Shown: piece by piece, positions 22,070 to 33,658 of the stretch
How positions within the stretch are numbered: position 1 is the first letter of the stretch
Layout: each line of letters starts with the position of its first letter
NCBI GenBank assembly: GCA_963849385.1
Contig: CAWKHH010000005.1
Coordinates: 386,478 to 450,477, forward strand
Length of the DNA stretch: 64,000 nt
Origin: Ignavibacteriota bacterium
GTDB taxonomy: Bacteria > Bacteroidota > Ignavibacteria > UBA10030 > UBA6906
Reading direction: 5' to 3'
Program-made: the position numbers and the translations under genes
The notes under the pieces: generated by a model
Database searches by the model: none
The model's input: the letters and a program-made list of their open reading frames with translations, nothing else
What the model was told of the DNA's origin: nothing

Positions 22070-22206
22070 TGCACACGCCTCCCTTGTATGATAATATAGG
22101 CACAGCCCAACACATCTGCAACCCCGGACAACCAGAACGGTGCGACGCGCAATGACTTACAGAGTATCACGGTTGGACTACGTGCTCCGGATTCGTATAT
22201 TTCAGA

Positions 22207-22429
22207 ATGGGAAAACTCGACCTTGTCGCTGCTGGTGTCTTTCGGACTCATTTCGCTCGTCATGCTTCTCGTGGCGGTCCTCAGTTTCCGCAAGGCCCTC
22301 GCTGTTGCCAACCATAAAGATGGCGATATCAAGATGTTTCTCTGGGCGGTTGCCACATTCATCTGCCTCATCATCTCCGGCCTCAGTGCGGCCTATATCC
22401 TGCTGCCAATCATCTTCCACGCCCTATGA
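22207..22429 (+). CDS. Small two-TM membrane protein (probable indel just after the ATG)
   Basis: Two hydrophobic helices; its stop overlaps the next start (ATGA). Confidence 0.5.
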
Positions 22430-25400
22430 ACTTCCAACGCATGCTTCTCCTCGCATCGCTCTGCACAGTGGGGATGTCCCTTTCAGCCGGGTCAGCCCTT
22501 GACCAGATCGGCATAGAGGTGCGAATCAGCTCCCGGCCGTTCGTCTACACAAACAAGGAGGATGCCTCCTATTACGGCGAGACTCATAGCCGCAACCGGG
22601 TGAGCTGGCAGGGATTCATGGTTCGTGGTCATGAGTTTCTGGATGACTACGATATCGTTGTAAACGGCGAGATCCTTGACCGATCTTCTGCAGTGAAGGT
22701 CATGGTGTACCCCGACCATCTTGAACGAACGTATCCCGGAGGCCTGGTTGAAGAACTCTGGCCCGTCGACAGTCTTGCGATGGTAGGAATTCATCTGCGT
22801 GCCCCCCGTCCGATCGCCGCCGGGCTGGTTCCGTACTTCACAGATGGCCGGCACTCCTCCGATTACACCGTTCGACTGCTGAGCGGAGTCTTCCTCCTTG
22901 CCAGGGCAACACATCTTGCGCGCACGGCATCTGCAGACTACCCCGTCTGGCTTGCCATTGGTTCCAGAAGGGCTCTGCCCGATACCGTTACCGTGACTTC
23001 CGGGCGTCAATTCTCCCCTGTACGCATCCTTGGCTCGCTCGCCCGCGTTCATGTCTTTGCAGTTGCCGTTGCTGACAATGCCGACCAGGCCGAAGCAATG
23101 GTGCGCACCTATCCCGACCGCTCACACACTATGCCGGGCAGCGCCGGGCCCGGATGGAACGGCTTCTGGCCGACAACTGACCTCCAAACTGGCGATCCAC
23201 GCTTTGACCTGGCGTTCCGCTGGGCGGTTCTGTCGCTGGATGCCCTGGTCATGAATCAAACCGGCAAGGGAATCTTCGCCGGACTCCCCTGGTTCAACAA
23301 CTACTGGGGACGCGACACCTTTATCTCCCTCCCGGGCGCTGCGCTGGTGACGGAACGATTCCCCCTTGCCCGGCAGATCCTGGAATCGTTTGCGGAATTC
23401 CAGCAACGCGATTCCCTCTCCCCCAACTATGGCCGCATACCGAACATCGTCACCGTGACCGACACGGCGTACAACACGGCCGATGGCACTCCACGGTTTG
23501 TGGACGTTGCACGCGACTACGTCGTACGCTCCGGCGATGAGGGTTTCCTGTTGCGAATGTATCCTGTCATCCTTCGCTCCATTGAAGGCACATTGAAGCA
23601 CCACACCGATTCACTCGGCTTTCTCATGCATGGGGATGCCGAAACATGGATGGACGCGGTCGGACCATCCGGACCCTGGAGCCCCCGCGGTAATCGTGCA
23701 AATGATGTCCAGGCACTCTGGGCGAAACAACTCGAGGCGGGTATCTGGTGCGCGTCCCGGCTGGGCGACTTCGTTTCGGCACGTCGATGGAATACAGTGC
23801 TGGAACGACTGACATTGAACTTCACGAAACGCTTCATCACTCTCCGGAGGCTTCATCGCCGATCGTCTCCTTCCGGACGGTTCTGCCGATCTCCGGATGC
23901 GCCCGAATCAGTTATTCACTGCGTCCCTTCTGGATGCGCCTACCCGCGCCTCGATGGTGCGCTCGGTCGTCATCGCAGCTGACCTATCGCTACGGGGTCG
24001 CCTCTCTGGCACAGTCTGACAGCGGTTTCTATCCATATCACGAGTATCCCCCGTTCTACCCCAAAGATGCCGCCTATCACAACGGCACCGTGTGGACATG
24101 GCTCCAGGGTCAACTGATTTCCGAATTGTGCCGGTACCAACTTGCCGACTCGGGGTTTGTGCTGACCACGAATGCCGTACACCAGATCATCGATCGGGGT
24201 GCGGTTGGGACCCAGTCGGAACTGCTCGATGCCCTGCCCCGTCCGGGTGAGACGGAACCCCGCCTGTCAGGCACGGTTTCGCAGGCCTGGAATCTCGCCG
24301 AGTTCGTTCGCAACGTCTACGATGACTACCTCGGCGTCCGCATCGAACGATCGACGCGTCGCATTCTTCTCCATCCTCATTTTCCGCGGGCCCTGGGAGT
24401 CGCACGAACAACATTCCGCGTCGACGGCCGGCCGCTCGGCGTCGCGATCGGGAAAAGTCCGACGATACGCTGAGCGTGACAATGACATTTCCTCAGCTTG
24501 ATCGGCCGTATGCCGTAGATGTTACTCTTCCCAATGATCGTGGCGAGGAGTTTTCTACTTCCTTTGCACTGGCTTCACAATCCGAAGTCCATATGCGTTT
24601 GTCCGATACCGTTTTTTCGATTTCTTCGCGCGACCCGGCCTTCACTCACACGAGAACTGCACGGCGAAGATGTCCCGCGAAAGAAGAGATGGGGCAATGG
24701 GTCATTCATGCAGACCACGATCTCCGGCAGGGACTTGCCGCAGTACGCGGTCCGTCATATCCTCTCCTGTCACACGCTGACATCAAGCGCACGAATGCAC
24801 AGGCGCATGTTCTCGTTACCGCGCAGGATCCTCTGAATGACGACACGGGGATCGGAACAGTCAAGAGCGGACTACACTTTAGCTACCCGGCAAATCGCCG
24901 ACTTCGTTCCAGGGTCATTCGACATCGCCGGCTTCTTGGCGTCGTACGACGACAGCCTCATGTATTTCATGCTGAAATTCAGGGCCCTTTCCGATCCGGG
25001 ATGGCATCCTGAGTATGGATTTCAGTTGACTTTTGCCGCACTCGCCATCGACACCGACGGAGAAGCCGGGATCCGGCCGCAGAGATGTGCCAGCCAATGC
25101 GCAGTTCCGGTTGGACCCGGACCGCGCCTACGAACGCATCGTATTCATTGGTGGGGGCTTTCACGGTGGAAGACCAGGCAGGAAACATCCTGGCCGGATA
25201 TACACCGACACAGGATGCTGCGGCATCACCCTTCGGAGATGCGCGCACCGCCACGATCCGGTTCGCCATCCCTCTCCGCTTCCTGGGAACCCCGGATGGT
25301 CATTGGAGATTCACGGTGCTTAGCGGTGGACAGGATGACCATGGTGGTGCCGGAATCGGTGAGTTCCGCTCGGTGCAAGCCAACGGGGCGAATGGAATGG

Positions 25401-25458
25401 CGGCGGCCGTATGCACGATGGTGATGCAAACGTCTATGATATGTTGAGTACGCCATGA
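22426..25458 (+). CDS. Exported amylo-alpha-1,6-glucosidase (glycogen debranching, GDE_C) with a C-terminal glucodextranase DOMON-like domain; several indels
   Basis: Signal peptide, AGLPWF..WGRDTFISLPG, GRIPN, YNTADGT, TWMDA, YHNGTVWTW and SQAW, then DPLNDDTG.G..SYP, FDI and YGFQLT..AIDTD. Confidence 0.85.
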
Positions 25459-25986
25459 CAGTACGAACGACTACCCATCCCATCGGTGGAGGTTACTGCA
25501 TCCGAAGCCTGTCTGTTGCCGATGTCGACGCAATCACCAAGTATGCAAACAACCGGAATGTCTGGCGCAACCTCCGGGATCTCTTTCCTCACCCCTACCA
25601 TCGCCATGACGCGCTTAGGTTCATCTCGGACACAGCCGCACGGGACCCGGAATCGGCGTTTGCTATCGCCAACAGTAACGAGGCAATCGGTGTAATCGGT
25701 TTCCACGCGCAGGATGATGTCCTTCGCCGCTCTGCGGAGGTCGGCTACTGGCTCGGTGAACCGTTCTGGGGCAAGGGCATTGCCACACGCGCACTGGTCG
25801 TAGTCTGCGCACGAATCTTCGAACAGCCTGACATTGTGCGGTTAACCGCTCCGGTCTTTGCCTGGAACCCTGCTTCTGCGCGTGTTCTCGAGAAAGCGGG
25901 GTTCACGCGCGAAGGGGTGCTTGCGGAACGCGGTGTGCAAAGATGGCCAGATCACGGATATGCTGGTCTACGGGAAGCTGCGGTAG
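25455..25986 (+). CDS. GNAT (RimJ/RimL-type) N-acetyltransferase, indel near the 3' end
   Basis: EVGYWLGEPFWGKGIAT and NPASARVLEKAGF; the C-terminus LRNAVCKDGQITDMLVY lies in a shifted frame. Confidence 0.88.
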
Positions 25987-25997
25987 GGCCCTCGGGG

Positions 25998-27310
25998 TCA
26001 GACTCCGAAATCATCCACATGCTTCGACACAAAACCCACGCATAACCCCGCCACGATCATCGAACACCCACCCAGTACCACCGCATTCATGGGATTCTCT
26101 CCCAGCGCATGCGTCATGAGCACTCCAAGTCCCGACAGACGCCAGAATCTGCGGCAGCACAATGAAGAAGTTGAACACCCCCATATAAAAACCCATCTTC
26201 TCAGCCGGTATTGCGTTTGAGAGCATCGCATAGGGCATGGACAGTATGCTGGCCCACGCAATTCCCACCAAGAGCATCGAAAAGAGCAGCAGATACTGCT
26301 CATGCAACACCATGGCAAGTATCAACCCTGTTCCACCGGCAATCAACGAGATACGATGAATGGATCGCGGCGTGAACTTTTTGACGAGCGCAAGCAGCAC
26401 AAACGCAAAGATAAACGCCGTCCCGTTGTACACCGAGAAGCAGACGCCCCCCCACTCGTTTCCACGCTGATATTCGCGGTGAACCCGGAGTACCGCCGAA
26501 TACCACGGTTGCCACCGCCGGCACAAAGTAGATCCACATGCAGAACATCGCAAACCAGGTGAAGAACTGTACAATCGCCAGCTGCTTCATCGCCGTTGGC
26601 ATCGATGCAATACCCCGGAAGATCTCTCCGAATGCGTTGCCGACACCTGCGGAGGCCGCATTCCTCTTGCGGAATTCTGTCAGGTCGTCAGGCGGGTACT
26701 CCTTCGTCGTGAATATGGTGTACAACACCGCCGCCAGAAACACCGCCGATCCGACATAGAACGCCAGCTGGACTGTCCGCGGGATTGCGCCCTGACCTGC
26801 AGTTCCCGTCACACCGATCCAATTCGTGAGGACATACGGCAATGCCGAGGAGAGCACAGCGCCCAATCCTATCAGCAGGCTCTGCATTGCGAAGCCGGAC
26901 TTGCGTTGATCCTGCGGCAACATGTCACCGACAAATGCCCGGAACGGCTCCATAGTGATGTTGATGCTTGCGTCCAGTATCCACAGCAGTCCCGCTGCCA
27001 TCCAGATGGTGGAGGAGTTCGGCATCGCGATCAGCGCGAGAGTGGAGAGCACGGCCCCCACAAGAAAATACGGCCGGCGACGCCCGAGCCGGCCCCATGT
27101 GCGATCACTCGAATACCCGATAATCGGCTGGACAATCAGTCCTGTCAACGGTGCGGCGATCCACAGCCACGCGATCTGTTCCTGTCGGGCTCCCAGATAC
27201 TCATAGATGGCACTCATGTTGGCCATCTGGAGCCCCCAGCCGAACTGGATGCCGAAGAACCCAAAACTCATGTTCCAGACTTGCAGCGGGGAAAGCCGGG
27301 GTTTGATCAT
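25998..27310 (-). CDS. MFS maltose/sucrose-type (GPH/SLC45-like) permease, indels
   Basis: WNMSFGFFGIQFG, QPIIGYSSDRTW..GRRRPY and MGFYMGVFNFFIVLPQI. Confidence 0.9.
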
Positions 27311-27327
27311 GATTATGCTCGCAGTGC

Positions 27328-28175
27328 TTACTCTTTGACGCTTCCAAGCGTGAGCCCCGAGACCAGCCAGCGGCTCAGGGAAAGAAAGAGAACAACAACA
27401 GGGATGGTCACTATGACCGACGCTGCTCCATAGAGGCCCCATTCGGATCCCATGTTTGACTCAAAGGATTTGAGGCCGAGCGGGAGCGTCCACAATTCCG
27501 TGTCCTGCAGAATCTGCGCTGCCACGACGTACTCCGTCCATGCTGACATGAACGAGAAGAGTGCGGTGATCACCAGCGCAGGGGCGGCAAGCGGGAAGAA
27601 TAATACGCACAAATGTCTGGAATTCGATTGCATCCATCGATCTTCCCGGCTTCTTCCAGACTCGTGGGAATGGTGTCGTAGTATCCCTTCATCTGCCAGA
27701 TGCAAAACGGCAACGCCGTTGCCGAATACATGATGACGATGCCGAGATAACTGTTGATGAGATGCAGCTGTACGAGCATGATATACATCGGCAGCAACAA
27801 CATTGTCGCCGGAAACATCTGCGTGACAAGCAGGCTCAGCAAACCGATTTTCTTGCCGATGAACGCATAGCGTGAGAACGCGTAGCCGCACGTCGACGCC
27901 AGTGCAACACCGGTCACCGTCACCGTCAATGCAATGAACGTGCTGTTGAGCATCCAGAGAAGAAACGGGCGCTCGGTGAAGAGCGCGAAATAATTCCCGA
28001 ACGACGCGTTTGCGGGTATGAGCTCGAGTGATGTGCTGAGCAGCCGGTCGGACGGGCGGAGCGAGATGTTGAAGATCTGCCAGATCGGATACAGCGCCAC
28101 GAGAGAAAAGACCACCAGTACCACGTAGCTGGCTGTTATGCGAAGAGTTGTAGTATTCTTGCTCCGAACCATCAT
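27328..28175 (-). CDS. malG: Maltodextrin ABC permease MalG-like, indels
   Basis: GYAFSR, QMFP, KGYYDTIP.SLEEAGKIDG and GLTLGSVK. Confidence 0.85.
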
Positions 28176-28184
28176 ATGCCTCGA

Positions 28185-29090
28185 TCAGGAATACACATTC
28201 TGCGTCGCCTTTGATTTCCGCATGAAGGTGAGACTGAATACGAGCAGGATGAAGAAGATGACGATGGATAATGCAGCACCGTAACCATACCTGTAGAAAT
28301 TGAATGCGGCCTTGTACACAAAGGAGACCAGGAGATGCGTCTGATCAGAGGGCTCCCCGGCATTGCTGACCAACCAGACGATGTTCAGATTGTTGAAGGT
28401 CCAAATTGTCCCCAGCGTGATTGCGGGGACCATCACGGGCTGGATCAGCGGTAGCGTGATGTGGCGGAGTTTGTGAAACCACGATGCCCCATCAATATCC
28501 GCCGCTTCGTACAGATCATGCGGAATGCTCTGCAGCGCCCCGAGAGCAATCACCATCATAAAAGGAAACCCGAGCCAGACATTGGTGATAATGACCGCGA
28601 TAAACGCTTCAAGGGGATGGCGCAGCCATTGAACCCCCGGGAGATTGAACCACTGAGTCAACATCAGATTGATCGACCCGTACTCGTAGTTGAACATGCC
28701 ACGCCAGGTGAGAGCCACAATGAGTTGCGGCACTGCCCAGGGCAACACCAGAATCGCCCGGAAGATCGCCTTGCCTCTGATTTCCTTCTGATTGAGCACC
28801 AGCGCCAGGAACACACCCAGAACCACATGGAAGAAGAGGTTGACCAGAGTCCAGATCACCGTCTTCAGAAACACCACGTAGAAATCCGGTTGTGACGGCT
28901 CGGTGAATACTTTCATGTACTGGCCAAAGCCGATGATCCTCCAATCCCGGATATGACGCAGGTTCATGTTCGAGAGGGAGAGGACAATATTGTAGAAGAA
29001 CGGGTAGATAACGACACCGAAAAGCACGACGAAGGCCGGTGCCACGAGGATGAACAGGTATATCCGGTGACGGAGTGTGTGGCTTTGCAT
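28185..29090 (-). CDS. malF: Maltodextrin ABC permease MalF-like
   Basis: LPWAVP, NVWLGFPFMM, LYEAADIDGA and FNNLN. Confidence 0.85.
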   Translation of the reverse strand: MQSHTLRHRIYLFILVAPAFVVLFGVVIYPFFYNIVLSLSNMNLRHIRDWRIIGFGQYMKVFTEPSQPDFYVVFLKTVIWTLVNLFFHVVLGVFLALVLNQKEIRGKAIFRAILVLPWAVPQLIVALTWRGMFNYEYGSINLMLTQWFNLPGVQWLRHPLEAFIAVIITNVWLGFPFMMVIALGALQSIPHDLYEAADIDGASWFHKLRHITLPLIQPVMVPAITLGTIWTFNNLNIVWLVSNAGEPSDQTHLLVSFVYKAAFNFYRYGYGAALSIVIFFILLVFSLTFMRKSKATQNVYS

Positions 29091-29101
29091 GGCAGTCGCG
29101 G

Positions 29102-30364
29102 TTATTCGTTCATTTCTTTGATTCGCCGGAGCGCAAGAAGCTGCATTTCCTCTGCCGCTCGCTCCGGTGTCATGGTTCCGGCCAACACCGCCTGATAGCT
29201 CGGGCGCATCGCATCCCAAATTGCACGAAGCTCAGGGACGACCGGGAGAGAACGTCCGCGGTCAATCTGGATTCGCGAATTCCGCAAGATCTCGTTCTGC
29301 TGTACGAAGTCGCTTTGCTGAACCTGCATATGTGTGGGCATCGTATAGAGCTCGCGAGTTGATTCCGTCTGGTTTTCCGCAGACATGAGGAAGCGGATCA
29401 GTTCGAGCGCCCAGGCTTTCTTTTCATCCGAAATATTGGCGTTGAGGGAGAACCCCTTCGGCGATACCATCGGTGCACACCAGAGACCGGTACTCGTGAT
29501 GCGCGGCAGAGGTGCCACACCGATATCCAGCCCCGCATTCTGATAGCCGGCCCACGACCAATCACCGTTCACAATCATCCCGGCATTGCCATCTTTGAAG
29601 AGTATGTCCGCAACATTGTAATCGGCTTCGTTGGGAATGATCTTTTCTTCGTCACGGAGACGTTTGATGAACTTGAGCCCATCCACAGTCCCGCGGTTGT
29701 TGAGCGTGGGGTTGCCCGCATCGTCCATGATCCACCCGCCGAAGCCGGTCATGAAGGGAATGAAGAAGAATGGTTCGGTATAGTTCCAGGTCAACCCGTA
29801 CCGGTCGGTCTTGCCATCGCCGTTGAGGTCAGCGGTCAATGACTTGCCTATGCGAATGAGTTCCTCGTCCGTGGTGGGGGGGACCGGAACGAGTTTCTTG
29901 TTGTAGACAAGCGTGAGATGATTCCCGAGTTTATCGGCCACCTGATAGAGGTGCCCTTTGTACCAGGTCAAACCCCGCAGGTCAAACTGTGCCAGCCACT
30001 CCTTCGGGAAAAGATCCTCTAAAGGAAGGATGATCTTCATGATCTCAAATGGTCCCACCTGATCCGAAGGACCGTACACGATTTCAGGCCCCTGACCTGC
30101 AAGAGCGGCGATGATGAAGCCTGATCGCAATTCTTCGGTCTCCTTGAACAGCTGCTCGACGCGCACTTCGGGGTGCAGCTGCATGAAGCGATCGAGCTGC
30201 CTCTGCAGTATCACCCGGATATCGATGCGGTCCTGATGCCAGATCGTCAGACGGATGCGATGGTCACGTCCGGTGCCGCAACTCTCCAGCACCGTCACGG
30301 CTGCCATCACCAGTGCGACGATGAGAAACGGTATGACTATCCGGAGTACTGGTCGTGCATTCAA
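29102..30364 (-). CDS. malE: Maltose/maltodextrin-binding protein MalE-like
   Basis: N-terminal hydrophobic segment, GQGPE...PSDQVG, YNKKLV..PP, NGDWSW and P.VPEL.AIWD. Confidence 0.85.
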   Translation of the reverse strand: MNARPVLRIVIPFLIVALVMAAVTVLESCGTGRDHRIRLTIWHQDRIDIRVILQRQLDRFMQLHPEVRVEQLFKETEELRSGFIIAALAGQGPEIVYGPSDQVGPFEIMKIILPLEDLFPKEWLAQFDLRGLTWYKGHLYQVADKLGNHLTLVYNKKLVPVPPTTDEELIRIGKSLTADLNGDGKTDRYGLTWNYTEPFFFIPFMTGFGGWIMDDAGNPTLNNRGTVDGLKFIKRLRDEEKIIPNEADYNVADILFKDGNAGMIVNGDWSWAGYQNAGLDIGVAPLPRITSTGLWCAPMVSPKGFSLNANISDEKKAWALELIRFLMSAENQTESTRELYTMPTHMQVQQSDFVQQNEILRNSRIQIDRGRSLPVVPELRAIWDAMRPSYQAVLAGTMTPERAAEEMQLLALRRIKEMNE

Positions 30365-31649
30365 TGCGAGCGGCCTCCGGTCGGATCTGTTCCGGCGTTC
30401 TGTGTTGGTTCATGAACTAATAACCAGACAACAGCAGAGACTGCAAGCGTGACACCGCTGATCAGGAAAATGATGGAAGTATCCGCAGCCTGCTGAATCA
30501 CAGTACCCAGAACAAGGCTCACGAAAAGCTGCGGCAAGACCACCGATAGATTGAATATCCCCATGAAGAACCCCATCCGCGACTTCTCCACCTTCTCCGT
30601 CATGATGGCAAACGGGAGCGACACAATGGAGGCCCATCCAATGCCGACGACACCCATGAGAAGATACAGCATCAACGGGGTGGCCGCTGAAGCGGCGATC
30701 GCAAAATACCCGGCAGCCATGATCGCGAGGGCCGTCAGGTGCACACGTACACGACCGAAGCGCATCGCCAACGGCTCCAGGATCGGTGCCGGCAACACAA
30801 AGCCCACCGTATTCAGAATCGCAAACGAAATAGCGATGATGCGCCCCGACTCCTCTGCAACCACAGCGGGATCAGCTGTGGTCAACAATTTCTGATGGAT
30901 AAAGGCGATGATGTACACGAACATCGTCTGCACGCCGATCCACGAGAAACCATGAGCGATGTAGATCCTGAAGAGCTCTCCCCAGCGTGCGGCCCTTCCG
31001 CTCCCTCCATCTGGCCGTGCGATGCTTCAGTCTGGAACTCCCGCCTTTCGGTGACAAAAAACACAGGCACGACGGAGCAGAGAAAGACCACCACCACGCC
31101 GACCGAAATGAGAACATAATTCCCTGCCACTGCACCGATCACATAGGCCATCACACCAAACAAACCGGAGATAGTCTGCATCCACGTGTAGCCTTTTGTC
31201 CGCGCCTCTCCTTCGGGTGTTACATCGGCGATGATGGAACGGGTCGGATTGAAGCTGATATTGATCGCCAGATCAAGGGTCAGGGCAACGGCTATCGCAA
31301 CAGCCAGCAGATGGCCGATGCCAAGGGCTTCGTTGATCCGGTCGATGTTTGGGAGCGCGAGCAACATGAGCGCTGCGAGAGTACCGCCAATCAGAATGAA
31401 TGGGCGCCGCCGACCACCCCAGAACCACACACGGTCACTGATCAGACCGATCACCACCTGGCCGACAATGCCGGCCAGCGGACCTGCTGCCCACACAAAG
31501 CCTACCTGGTGGATATCCAGATGATACTTCGTTGTCAGCAGCCAGCTGAGCGCCGAAATCTGAATGGACAGTGCGAACCCCATCGCCGTCGACGGCAGGC
31601 TGATGAGGGCATAAAAGCCGTTGGTCAAGCGTTCCTGAAATGGGCGCAT
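30361..31649 (-). CDS. Second MFS sugar permease (SLC45-like), one indel
   Basis: WAAGPLAG, SDRVW..GRRRPF, GIGWAS and MGFFMGIFNLSVVLPQ. Confidence 0.88.
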
Positions 31650-31666
31650 GGCGGTCTTTTCGCCGA

Positions 31667-33607
31667 TCAGTAGTGGAACACGACACATTCACCAGGACCA
31701 AGGGCCACCTGCAGCACCCCAAACCTGAGACTGAGACGCTTGCCGGAGAGCAAGTCGACCACCTGCTTCATGTTCGTGTCCAGTGTGGTCCTGGACATCT
31801 GGGTTGAAGCGAAATCCATATTGCCCACAATGGCGATCCGTTGTCCCCCTTTGGGGGCGATCCGTGCAAACGAGAGCAGGCGGGCATTTTCCTCGGCGAG
31901 CATCTTGACAGTTGCCGGAGCAGATTGCACAATCAACGAACGATACTTCTTTCGGATCGATTGCACTTTTGCGATGAGCGGTGCGAACTGCTCAGCGCTC
32001 AGCCAGTTGTATCCTCCTTCGCTGAACAGCGGCAGCTTCTCGGAAGGCAACGCCTGTATCTGTTCGCTGGTGAAGTCCAGGCCGGTGTTGATCGGCTGGA
32101 GCTCCGCCAGTTCATAACCGGAATGATAGAACGGTACCCCCGGCAGAAAGGCGTTGATCACTGCCGCCCACCGCGCATAGGCTACGCCGCCGGGACGCGA
32201 AGCGGCGCGCGGCGTGTTATGATTTTCAGGCGTCGCAAAGAACGGAATAGGGAATTCATCCTTCGTCAGATTCCTGCAGAACGTCCGCATGCGATCGGGA
32301 TGATGCTGGTCAAAAATCGTAAACCCGAATACCGCATTGTAACCTTCATCACGGCTCTTCTGGGTTATGGAAAAATTTTCGTCCCAGAAAGCAAAATCGG
32401 GATCCAATCCGCGGGCTTTCTTGACCATCTCCGCCTTCAGATCCATGGGAAGAGCATGGCCCATATCAATCATGACACCGTCGATTCCGAATTCCCTCTG
32501 ATAATACGGAATAATTCCCGCAATCCTGTCCCACAGCGGCCGATTCACGCATTCAGAACGCGCCAGACGTGTATCATACATACGGATCGTATTATAGCCG
32601 ATGTAGTTGAAGTCCGGATGTGTGTACATTCGCAGGTACGTGACATCATTCCAGGGCGGCTGATTGTCGTCCGGCGGCCAATCCGCAAATGCTCCCGGAA
32701 TCCGAACCCGTGTTCCATCCGGCAGCTGCCCGATGTAACGCCCTGCTTCTTTCTTCACGGTGCCGGCATGCGGGGGTTCTGTGAAGAAATCACGGTAGAT
32801 GCGGTGGGGCGGGATAAGCGCATCCAACTTCCTCAGGTCGACATCCCTATGAATTTGTCCAAGCTCCTCCGGAGTGAAAAACGGCGACCCGTACTTGCGC
32901 TCATCCAATTCCTGAGGGGCTCTCTCGTACACCGACTCTTTGATCCAGTAGAACCATTCAGGATGCTCTTTCACCCAGTCGCCGTCTTTCGCTGCGGTTC
33001 TGAAGACAAACTCCACGACCACCCGCAGGTCGAGACGATGCGCTGCTTCCACAAACGCCTTGAACTCGGTCTTGATATCCAGGCCAAGCGAAGGCTCCCC
33101 CAGATTTTCGTCAAGTTCATACGGATTGCGGATGGCATAGGGGGAACCGAGCGACCCTTTATTACCGTCGTGACCGATGGATGTGATGGGCAGGAGGTGC
33201 ACCGTGTTTGCACCGAGCCGCTTGATGTACGGCAGCATTGCCACCGCTTTCAGAAATGTCCCCGTCTCACGGAACCCCTCGGCGTTCGACGGGAGATCCA
33301 GCGTTCCGTTGCCGTTATGGTCGAAGGCGGTTGTCGTACGCACGAAGAGATTGTAGATTACGGCTTCGCGTGTCCATTCACCGCCGGTCGGCGTGTGCCG
33401 CTTCGGTGCTTTCGCACCTTTGAGCTTCTTGACCACTCCAAGGTAGTACCCGTAGGGGTTCACCTTTACGGCTTTGGGCGTTCTGCGAAGCGAACTCCAA
33501 AGCGAAGGTACCGTGTAGTTGTATGTGCGAAGTCGTGTGTCGCGCAATTTGCGCTTGAGTGCACCTTGGAGTTGATCCAGGGCTTTGGGGGGCGTGTATG
33601 TTCCCAT
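31667..33607 (-). CDS. GH13 maltosyltransferase-like protein (Thermotoga MTase-type), cytoplasmic
   Basis: YTVPSLW, RTTTAFDH, GFRETGTFLK, GSPYAIRNP, EHPEWFYWIK, QPPWNDVTYLR and GIDGVMIDMGHALP, recalled as resembling T. maritima maltosyltransferase. No signal peptide. Confidence 0.8.
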   Translation of the reverse strand: MGTYTPPKALDQLQGALKRKLRDTRLRTYNYTVPSLWSSLRRTPKAVKVNPYGYYLGVVKKLKGAKAPKRHTPTGGEWTREAVIYNLFVRTTTAFDHNGNGTLDLPSNAEGFRETGTFLKAVAMLPYIKRLGANTVHLLPITSIGHDGNKGSLGSPYAIRNPYELDENLGEPSLGLDIKTEFKAFVEAAHRLDLRVVVEFVFRTAAKDGDWVKEHPEWFYWIKESVYERAPQELDERKYGSPFFTPEELGQIHRDVDLRKLDALIPPHRIYRDFFTEPPHAGTVKKEAGRYIGQLPDGTRVRIPGAFADWPPDDNQPPWNDVTYLRMYTHPDFNYIGYNTIRMYDTRLARSECVNRPLWDRIAGIIPYYQREFGIDGVMIDMGHALPMDLKAEMVKKARGLDPDFAFWDENFSITQKSRDEGYNAVFGFTIFDQHHPDRMRTFCRNLTKDEFPIPFFATPENHNTPRAASRPGGVAYARWAAVINAFLPGVPFYHSGYELAELQPINTGLDFTSEQIQALPSEKLPLFSEGGYNWLSAEQFAPLIAKVQSIRKKYRSLIVQSAPATVKMLAEENARLLSFARIAPKGGQRIAIVGNMDFASTQMSRTTLDTNMKQVVDLLSGKRLSLRFGVLQVALGPGECVVFHY

Positions 33608-33658
33608 GGCTGTGTGCGGCAAACGTCCTGAATAGTGATAGATGGTGCGTCTCAGCTG

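Noticed and set aside
31841-33631. 596-aa plus-strand ORF
   Set aside because: Antisense shadow of the GH13 gene with no motifs.
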